Assembly: GCF_009914755.1 (NCBI RefSeq)
Contig: NC_060946.1
From: the human T2T-CHM13v2.0 reference genome, Homo sapiens
Length of the DNA stretch: 64,000 nt
Reading direction: 5' to 3' (one strand)
Shown here: positions 54,691 to 64,000 of the stretch, piece by piece
Layout of the letters: every line of letters starts with the position of its first letter
Numbering within the stretch: the first letter of the stretch is position 1
Position numbers and translations under genes: made by a program
Notes under the pieces: generated by a model
Told to the model about the DNA's origin: nothing
Database searches by the model: none
Seen by the model: only the letters and a program-made list of their open reading frames with translations

Positions 54691-55527
54691 CCACGGTCTC
54701 CTTCCCCTCAATTCATGGAGGTACAGAAGGAAGGAGGGAGGAAGGGGAGGGAAGGGATGGAGGCCTTTGTGCTCTGCACACCAGCTGAGCAGGAGAAGGA
54801 TCAGGAGGGGTGTGTCTACACTCGCCCTACCTCACGTGTCCTCACCCTGCTGCCCACCCTCACCCTACCTCACATATCCCCACCCTGCCGCCCACCTCTC
54901 ATGTCCTCACCCTGCCTGGAGGAGTCCAGAGGGGCAGAGTTGGCAGAGCCAGAGTGGACAAGGCCGTGCTGTCAGGGAAGCAAATTTCTGGAAAGCGGCA
55001 GCAGCTCCCCCGGTCAGTGCTGGGTCTGCTCCTGGCTGGATGGACTCTGTGTCCCAGCACTGTCTGGGTTGGGACCCATCGAGGCAGGGCTTGTGGTGGT
55101 CAAAACACTTTTTATGTGCTCAGTGGGAGGCACCATCCTCTGCCCTGGAAGGTGCAGATCTGGAACTTCACAGAGGACAGAGCAGGGGTGAGAAGGGAAG
55201 CCTCAAGCCTGTGCGGTGTGGGGTCTCCTCGCAAAACCCTGTGTGACCCGGGCTGTCTGGGGGGCAGGCACCTGGCTCACTGCTTCCTCTTTATAAGACC
55301 TTCCATTTTCATGCCTGAGTCCCCCCTGCTAGAATGTAAGCTCCCTGAGGGCACAGGCTTTATGTTTTCAGACATGTTACTCAGTACACACTTGGTCCAT
55401 AAAGATTGAAGCTCAGCCAGCTGGCAGCTGTGGAGGAACTTGTTTTCTTTCTTTTCTTTTTCTTTCTCTTTCTTCTTCTCCTCCTGCAGCATTAGCTGAG
55501 ATCCAGGTCATCGGTTTCACGACTGCT

Positions 55528-55730
55528 CAGAGCTGCACTATCCTATGCAGTGGCCACACATGACATGTGGCTGTTTAAAATCATTGAAATGAAGTGAAAT
55601 AAAAACTCTGCACCAGCTACACATCAGGTGTTCAGTAACCACACGTGGCTCATGGCTCCTGAGCTGGACGAGGCAGAGACTGTCCAGAGACGCCTGCAGA
55701 CATCCTCACCGCGGGCTCTTGTGGAGGAAG
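55528..55730. mobile_element. MER3/MER33-like hAT fossil
   Basis: acatgtggctgtttaaa...aaatgaagtgaaataaaaa...gtgttcagtaaccacacgtggctcatggct. Confidence 0.6.
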
Positions 55731-56279
55731 GAGCAACTTTGAAATGCAAGAATTATGACTAAAGTGTATTTTAAATAGGGATTGCCAGATGACTTCCAAA
55801 GAAAGCTGTTGCAATTCTAAATTTCACCAAGTCAGGAGCGCCTGTCACCCTGCAGTTGCCTTCCGACAGTTCTTTGTGTTACCAGCCAAACAGATGAAAG
55901 ATAGTAAGGCCATCTGTAATATAATTGTTAATAAAAGAAACATGAGTTTGAATATATATTAACATTTCCTCTTCTTTAAATTACCTATTCAAACCCTTTG
56001 TTAATTGTATATTTTGGTGTTAGGATGTTTCGTGTTCAATGGTAGAAATGCCTTGTCCATTATGAAGACTAACTTTTCGTGGTTAAAAGAGGAAAATATA
56101 TATAAATTATATATAAATATATAAAATAAAAAGATACATTACAGGTGTATGTTATGTTTTAGAATTTTTAGAATGTTTATAGAATTTTTGACACCCACTC
56201 TTTTTTAAAGCTTTGTGTAGTCAAATGTATCTATATTCTCAAATATGGCTTCTTGATTTTCTGTTATAAGAAAACTCCT

Positions 56280-58069
56280 GCTCTCCCTCCTCTCCCTCTC
56301 CCTCCTCTCCCTCTCCCTCTCCCTCTCCCTCTCCCCACGGTCTCCCTCTCCCCACGGTCTCCCTCTCCCTCTCTTTCCACGGTCTCCCCCTGATGCTGAG
56401 CCGAAGCTGGACTGTACTGCTGCCATCTCGGCTCACTGCAACCTCCCTGCCTGATTCTCCTGCCTCAGCCTGCCGAGTGCCTGCGATTGCAGGCGCGTGC
56501 CGCCACGCCTGACTGGTTTTCGTATTTTTTTGGTGGAGACGGGGTTTCGCTGTGTTGGCTGGGCTGGTCTCCAGCTCCTAATCACGAGTGATCCGCCAGC
56601 CTTGGCCTCCCGAGGTGCCGGGATTGCAGACGGAGTCTCGTTCACTCAGTGCTCAATGGTGCCCAGGCTGGAGTGCAGTGGCGTGATCTCGGCTCGCTAC
56701 AACCTCCACCTCCCAGCCGCCTGCCTTGGCCTCCCAAAGTGCCGAGATTGCAGCCTCTGCCCGGCCGCCACCCCGTCTGGGAAGTGAGGAGCGTCTCTGC
56801 CTGGCCGCCCATCGTCTGGGACGTGAGGAGCCCCTCTGCCTGGCTGCCCAGTCTGGAAAGTGAGGAGCGTCTCTGCCCGGCCGCCATCCCATCTAGGAAG
56901 TGAGGAGCGCCTCTGCCAGGCCGCCCATCGTCTGAGATGTGGGGAGCGCCTCTGCCCTGCCACCCCGTCTGGGATGTGAGGAGCGTCTCTGCCCGGCCGC
57001 CCCGTCTGAGAAGTGAGGAGACCCTCTGCCTGGCAACCGCCCCGTCTGAGAAGTGAGGAGCCCCTCCGCCCGGCAGCCACACCCTCTGAGAAGTGAGGAG
57101 CGTCTCTGCCTGGCAGCCACCCCGTCTGGGAGGGAGGTGGGGGTCAGCCCCCTGCCCCGCCAGCTGCCCATCCGGGAGGGAGGTGGGGGGGTCAGCCCCC
57201 CGCCCGGCCAGCTGCCTCGTCCAGGAGGTGAGGGGCGCCTCTGCCCGGCCGCCCCTACTGGGAAGTGAGGAGCCCCTCTGCCCGGCCAGCCGCCCCGTTG
57301 GGGAGGGAGGTGGGGGGGACAGCCCCCCGCCCGGCCAGCCGCCCCATCCGGGAGGTGAGGGGCGCCTCTGCCCGGCCGCCCCTACTGGGAAGTGAGGAGC
57401 CCCTCTGCCTGGCCAGCCGCCCCGTCGGGGAGGGAGGTGGGGGGGACAGCCCCCCGCCCGGCCAGCCGCCCCGTCCGGGAGGTGAGGGGCGCCTCTGCCC
57501 GGCCGCCCCTACTGGGAAGTGAGGAGCCCCTCTGCCCGGCCACCACCCCGTCTGGGAGGTGTACTCAACAGCTCATTGAGAACGGGCCATGATGACAATG
57601 GCGGTTTTGTGGAATAGAAAGGGGGGAAAGGTGGGGAAAAGATTGAGAAATCGGATGGTTGCCGTGTCTGTGTAGAAAGAGGTAGACATGGGAGACTTTT
57701 CATTTTGTTCTGTACTAAGAAAAATTCTTCTGCCTTGGGATCCTGTTGATCTGTGACCTTACCCCCAACCCTGTGCTCTCTGAAACATGTGCTGTGTCCA
57801 CTCAGGGTTGAATGGATTAAGGGTGGTGCAAGATGTGCTTTGTTAAACAGATGCTTGAAGGCAGCATGCTCGTTAAGAGTCATCACCACTCCCTAATCTC
57901 AAGTACCCAGGGACACAAACACTGCGGAAGGCCGCAGGGTCCTCTGCCTAGGAAAACCAGAGACCTTTGTTCACTTATCTGCTGACCTTCCCTCCACTAT
58001 TGTCCTGTGACCCTGCCAAATCCCCCTCTGCGAGAAACACCCAAGAATGATCAATAAAAAAAAAAAAAA
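56280..58069 (+). mobile_element. Full-length SVA retrotransposon (SVA_D-like)
   Basis: (CCCTCT)n head ~56280-56335, Alu-like domain to ~56760, GC-rich VNTR to ~57560, SINE-R to AATAAA at 58053 plus poly(A). TSD aagaaaactcct at 56268-56279 and 58070-58081. Confidence 0.97.
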
Positions 58070-58112
58070 AAGAAAACTCCTTGCTCAAAAGCTAGACAAA
58101 TGTTATTCTAAA

Positions 58113-58365
58113 TTTTCTTTCTTTTCTTTCTTTCTTTCTTTCTTTTTTTTTTTTGAGACAGAGTCCTGTGAGTCTTGCTCTATCACCCAGGCTGGGGAGC
58201 AGTGGTGTGATCATACTCAATTTAGCCTGGAACTTCTAGGTTCAAGGGATCTTCCTGCCTCAGCCTTCTGTGTAGCTGGGAACATAGACATGCACTAATG
58301 CACCCAGCTAATTCTTCTTTTTTGTTTCTTCGTGGAGACAGGATTTCACCAAGTTGCCAAGGCTG
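58113..58365 (-). mobile_element. 5'-truncated AluJ
   Basis: Reverse Alu right arm plus part of the left arm, (CTTT)n tail. Confidence 0.8.
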
Positions 58366-58577
58366 AGCTCCATCTACATTTTCTTCTAAGACTTTTTAAT
58401 GTTTTACTTTCATAGATAGTTGATCAGCGTTGAACTCATTATAATTAGGCATGAGGAAGAAACGTTTTTTTAATTCCAAGTGGTCAGTTAGGTTAATACC
58501 AATAAAATAAATTATCCTTTCTCCATAAGATTAAGAAACCACAATTAGCTGAGTTTCCATAACAAAATGGACCTAGA

Positions 58578-58857
58578 TTTTCTCTTAGACGGGGTCTTGC
58601 TTTGTCTCTCAGGCTGGAGCAGTATGGTGCAGTGATGGCTCACTGTAGCCTCAACCTCCCAGGCTCAAGAGATCCTCTCACCTCAGCCTCCTGAGTAGCT
58701 GGGACTACAGGTACACACCACCACACCCGGATAATTTAACTTTTTGTGGAGACAGGGTTTCTCCATGTTGCCCAGGCTGGTCTGAAACTCCTGGGCTCAA
58801 GTGATCCTCCTGCCTTGGCCTCCCAAAGTGCTAGAGGTGTGAGCCACCACACCCAGC
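58578..58857 (-). mobile_element. AluJ
   Basis: aactcctgggctcaagtgatcctcctgccttggcctcccaaagtgct (J diagnostics). Confidence 0.88.
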
Positions 58858-61800
58858 TAGATATTTCTGTGACTTGTTCTAGGCATCTAGTCATTGATCC
58901 CTGGGCCAAAGCTGCTCTGTATTGAGCTTTTTATCTAATAAGGTGAGTGCCCCCTCACTGTTAGCTCTTTAAAAAAATATTTTCAGATAAAGAGCTGGCT
59001 GTTCCTTTAGGTGAATTTTAACATTATCTGTACCATATCAAAGAAAACTCTGCTCCGATTCTATTTGGGATTGCTTTCTTTTCATAGTTAGATTAAGTAA
59101 TAAAATACTGAAGAGAAATCATATTTTTATAGTGTCAAGTTTTCCTAGTAATCCCAAGTTTCTTTCTATTCATTCAGGTCTTTCTCTTAGGCTATCAGCA
59201 CCATTTCATATTTTTCTTCTTATGAGATCTGTGCCTTTTTCATTTAGTTCCCTGCAGTGTGTATGGCTTATGCTGCCATTTTTGAATGGGAGATTATTAT
59301 CCAGTTCCATGTCTAACTGTTTGCTGCTAGTGTAGAAAAAAAAATGGTTTCTTTTTGGTCGTTTTATATCCAGTCATCCTAAGAGTCACACTTTGCTAGT
59401 GTAATATGCTTACTCTGTGCCGTTACTAAAAGCATGAGAAGATGAAAATTCAGAAGCCAGCTGAGAAGAGACCTCTCAAGTGTGTTTGTAACTGTGATCT
59501 TCACAGATGCCAACCCTTCCCGGAAATGCTGGCCCAGGCTCTCTGAAATTCGCATCCTAGACATCAAGGCATTCAATGCCTTTGGTGTGTGCACATACAT
59601 GTATGTGTGTGCACGTGGGTGTGTATGAATGTCACACACACCCCAGGGAATACAGTCATCACAAGCGGTAGACAGGCAATCAAGGTCCGAGCACCCCACA
59701 ACTTCACAGGTGTTGAAAGTGAGGCTGGTCTGGCTCTTGCTGAAGGAAGGGCCCGGGAGCAAGTTCAGAAACCCCGAAGTCAAATGTCCACCATAGGCAA
59801 GGCATGCACAGAAACAAACAGGACACGTTCTAACAGCAAAATGCAAAATTAATGAGGGGTGTAAATAGGCAATTTAAAGAAGAGGAACTGTTGATAGAAG
59901 TTCAAACTCATTTTTATGAATAATTATGTGTCTGATTGACTTGCTGTCTTTCACATATTTGATTGGCAATGCTTGAAATAATTGTCAGGGGAAATACAAG
60001 GCAACAAGAGCTCCTGACATTGATGGTGACAATTAGATTTGCAGCCTTTCTTTGGAAATAAATGGAAAATGTCTATTAATATTAAACAGACGCATTCCCT
60101 TGGACTCAGAAGCCCCAGAGGGGTGGCCATCTGGGGGATGAGTGGGGTCAGGGTGCCCCTCGCCCAATTCTAAAGCCATGTTTCTCCTTCCCCCTCCAGC
60201 TGTCAGCATGGATGCCCAGCCCTTCCCACTGTCATGCCCTCCACTTTTCCTTCCTCCCTGTCTTCCCTCTACCTTTCTCCCCATCAACTCTTCCCTGTTC
60301 ACCAAGGTGTATCCAAATACCCCCTCCTCCATGAAGCCTTCCCTGCTCCAGCCCTCGAGGCCCCAGTCACCCCCTGCCCTGGTGTCCATGCAGCCATCTG
60401 AGGGGGTAGGTCTGCCTGCTGCCTTGATGCCTGATGCCTCGGGGGCATCTTCCCTCAATGAAGGCTTAGGGCCCTGGACAGGGACTCTGCCTCTTCTCCA
60501 TGGACCCCTTGGCAGTGCCCATCAGAGGGGTGGGCACATGGGCCTCCATGCCACACATAGGCAGTGGATTCAGCTTGATCCCTAGGCAGATGCTTCCCTG
60601 GGCTTGCATATGGGAGCCGGGGTGGGTGTGGAGCAGAGCAGTAGCCTCCATGGGAGAAGATGCCTGGGGCCTGCAGGCGGGTGGGAGCAGTTCTGAAGGA
60701 GGAGGGAAAGCAGGGCCACCGTGGAGACTTCACTGGGGTCTCTGCCCTGGACCTGAGCCAGGGAGGGTGCGTAGGAGCCCCCTGGAGAGCCAGGCATGGA
60801 GGGAAGTGAGTCCAGGCCGGAAGGTGCTGGGACCACCAGCAGCGTGTTAGCAGGGGCAGAGAGGCCAGGGACGCCCCGTAGCAAGTGAGCAGGCAGACGG
60901 AGCAGGCTGCCGGGCTCCTGGTACGCACAGCTGGGCCACCCCTGCCAGCAGAGCAGGAGAATCCTGCGTCCCCCCACAGCACTGCAGAGCAGGGAGTTTA
61001 GAAAATGCCCGGAATCTCAGTAAACTCTCCCTGCCTCCTCATCCCATGATCTTCAGCCAGCAGTTTGGAGCCGTGAGTTTGCATTTTTCAGAAGGCTCAA
61101 TCCCTGCTGTGGGCATGAATTATACGGATGCTCCGGATGCCGAGGACAGCCTTTGTCTTCTTGGTGCACTGCAAAGGTGAGCGTCCCTGTGACCTTTTGC
61201 TAACAAAAGCCTCTTCTCCCAAGTCCTCTTCCGGACATCAGACACCCCGGGCCGGCAGAGGACACAGACTTGCCATTGCCGGGCGGACCCACTGAGCGGT
61301 GTGACCTGCCCCAGGGGCCTCAGAGGAAGATGGCTGGTGTGTCCCTGAGACAGGAGAGACGCATTGCCACAGGCTCCCCAGAAACAAGGTCCCCGAATGC
61401 CACTGTCGGCTGCTGAGGTGCAGGGAAGTGCTTGGTGGAGACCACGCTCGCCAGGCTGCCCTGCAGCCAAAAGGCAGAGGCTGAGCAGGAACGCGGCCTC
61501 CGCTGAGGGCCACGTGGTGAAATCAAGCATCTGGGCCTGGGAAAGACATTTCTGGGGAGTCTGTGTGCTGCGGTCTGGCAGCACCGAGTCCGCTGTGTGC
61601 GGGGAGCTGGTAGGACTGGCCTCCTGAAAGGAGGAGAGAGATCAGCGTGCTTGGAGGGAGACCAATTCCCAGAAGGAACAAGGTTGGAGGGCGCAAGGCA
61701 GCTTCAGAGCCTGGCTCCAGCCCTGGAGACAGAAAGACCAGTTTAAATTCCCACCCGGCCCGCACCCTCTGGGGGGCCGTGGGACTTTGGGGAGCCTCTT

Positions 61801-62744
61801 TGGTCCTTAGTTTTATCTTCTGTGGAACAGAAGCAATAATCCATATTTAGTTGGGGGTAATTAGAGTCGACGTATGTGGATAGGTGGACACGCAGTACAC
61901 TTGGTGATGGTGGCCGTCTTCACCCCTCTCTCCCTGGTTTCCCTAAGAGAGGCATCTCTTTCCGCCCTTCTCCCCTGAAACTTGGGGTGTGAAGTGTAAG
62001 ATGCTGGATCTCACAGACAGGAGCGCACCACCGACCCAGAGACATCGTGGCCAGTTTTGAAATCTTCAGTCTCAGAGGACACTCATGGGCTCTGCGATGC
62101 TGGGTGGGTCGTGTGCCCACCCTGAGCTCCTTCCTTTGCTCCTAAAGACGGGAGTGATGCTTCCTGCCTCCGCGTTACACAGGCATCGTGAGGCTGCACA
62201 TGACAGCAGCTGCCCAGCTCCAGGTCAGTGGTGGCATGGAAGAGCTCCAGCTCCAAGCTGCACACACCCTACTTGAGACGCCGTTGTTCTGAGCCCACCG
62301 TGCCAGGTGGAGTCCTTCCGTCCCCAACCCTTGCCCTGGGGCCCTCAGTGCTGGTGGCTCCATGAGGTACTTCTTTCTGTAGTGGGTGTGAGATTCATGA
62401 GTGAGATGCCCCCAGCCCTGCTCCAGGGCAGCCTTGCCAGTTTCTGGAATGTTCTCCATTTCCAGTCTGCAGCTTCCTTCTGCCCAGGAGTGGCTTCCCT
62501 GTCTGGCTGTCATTCAGCTCAATTCTGTACTTAACTTCAAAATGTGCATAAAATCCTAAAATGGGACATTTCTCAGTTGACGTCCTCCACCTCCAGCTCC
62601 TCTCACATGGAAGCAGGTGGGGGCCTCACGGTGTTCTAGAGTTTGCAGGGGGCAGAGAGCAGCATCCTCACCGCAGATATCCTGTTACAGGACTATGGGA
62701 TTAAGAGCTTGAAGTTTCATTTAAATCACAATGAAAACAACTAC

Positions 62745-63037
62745 GGCCTGGTGCGGTGGCTCATGCCTGTAATCCTAGCACTTTGGGAGGCAGAGGAAGG
62801 CAGATCGTGAGGTCAAGAGATCGAGACCATCCTGGCCAACATGGTGAAACCCCATCTCTACTAAAAATACAAAACTCAGCTGTGCATGGTGACATGCACC
62901 TGTAGTCCCAGCTACTCAGGAGGCTGAGGCAGGAGAACCACTTGAACCTGGGAGGCAGAGGTTGTAGTGAGCCAAGATTGGGCCACTGCACTCCAGCCCG
63001 GGCAATAGAGCGAGTCTCAAAAAAAAAAAAAAAAAAA
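62745..63037 (+). mobile_element. AluS (AluSc-like)
   Basis: aggtcaagagatcgagaccatcctggccaacatgg; TSD aaaacaa(c/t)tac at 62734-62744 and 63038-63048. Confidence 0.93.
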
Positions 63038-64000
63038 AAAACAATTACAAGCCCCAATTCAGCGTGCTCCCAGGAGACTGTCTGACTTGGGGCTCTGGAG
63101 TTTCTGAGGCCCACAGGGTGAGCAGGGAACCCGGCCAATCTCTCCCTCCTGGGTCCCTCTCAGGCAGGCCATGGTGACCTGGCCCCAGGCAGACGCTGGC
63201 AGGTCAGAGGAGTGTGGGACCTGCAGACCTCAGGGGTTGCTGGACAGTCCTGAGATAGGCCTTGCTTTTGGCCAAGGCACCTGAAGAGTGAAAACACTCT
63301 GTGCATAGAGGAACAGGATGGGGAGAGCGTGGCAGGCCCTTCTCCAGTTCAGGGCCATCCCCTCCAGATCCAGAGCAAGCTCGGGAGGGGAGGAGTCGAT
63401 GTCCCAGGATTTGTGACTCGGACATCGGGGTTGGGGGATGTGGGTGATGTTCACCTGCCGTGGAAGAACCCGGAGGATTAGGGTGGCAGGCGGCAGGGCC
63501 CTGAGTCAGGCTTGAAGACTTCGGGTTTAGAGGCAGCGGGCAACTTGGATGGAAATGGTACAGACAGACGCTGGGGTGCCGAGATCAGCACCCCACTCGG
63601 CCCCCCACACCTCCATGACTAATCAAAAGGTTCACTTCTCCCAATCTTCCAGAAGAAGTCCCGGCCCCTGGGAGGCTCCTGGTATGGACCCAGCTATGGG
63701 ACTCACCTTCTGGCGGGCACAAGGGCTGTGTCCCAGCAGGCAGGACCCTAGTTCAACTCCTTCCTAGTCACAGGGGGCCTGGGGTGGCCAGATCAGGGTC
63801 TTCTCCTCCCCACGCCTGCCCTCCTCAGCAGCCCGCTGCCCCATGGCCTTTCCCTGCTCCTGAGTGGATGCCACGCCCTCTCCTAGGTGGTTCTACCTGG
63901 ACAGTGACTTCTAACGTCAGATATTGCGAAGGCCGCCTGCAGGGAGGATGGAGCCAACAGTCCTGGCGGTCTGTCCGCCCAGCTCCCTCGAAGGCCTCCT

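Noticed and set aside
47628-55409. Several 200-319 aa ORFs (e.g. 47628..48353, 50725..51684, 53779..54402)
   Set aside because: Overlapping frames on both strands, Pro/Gly/Ala/Ser/Trp-rich with no recognisable domain; expected in GC-rich non-coding DNA. Small spliced exons cannot be excluded by eye.
56433-57889. Multiple ORFs across the SVA
   Set aside because: SVA is non-coding; the ORFs arise from the GC-rich VNTR and Alu-like domain.

Overview
Human (hominid) non-coding genomic DNA. It is mostly GC-rich, with an AT-rich block dense in ancient L1 fragments at about 20.4-30.1 kb. I found no host protein-coding gene, RNA gene or CRISPR array. The main feature is a full-length, human-specific LINE-1 (L1HS Ta-1, minus strand, 12408-18469) with a 16-bp TSD. 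Its ORF1 and ORF0 are intact, but ORF2 is broken by a single nonsense codon (W59*), leaving a 1177-aa open frame from M99. The element also carries a 12-nt 3' transduction and a 6-bp 5'UTR deletion, and it is nested inside an older 5'-inverted L1MA. The window also holds a full-length SVA (probably SVA_D, 56280-58069), about ten Alu elements, several solo LTRs, MER DNA transposon fossils and many simple or tandem repeats. One solo LTR, an MLT2A, sits inside a 2-kb (CAT/CAC)n repeat. There is also an unexplained ~130-bp inverted duplication with a templated junction. I do not see a previously undescribed multi-gene system; the best leads are allele-level features of the young retroelements and local rearrangement scars. 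Repeat subfamily names come from recalled consensus sequences and need RepeatMasker/Dfam confirmation.
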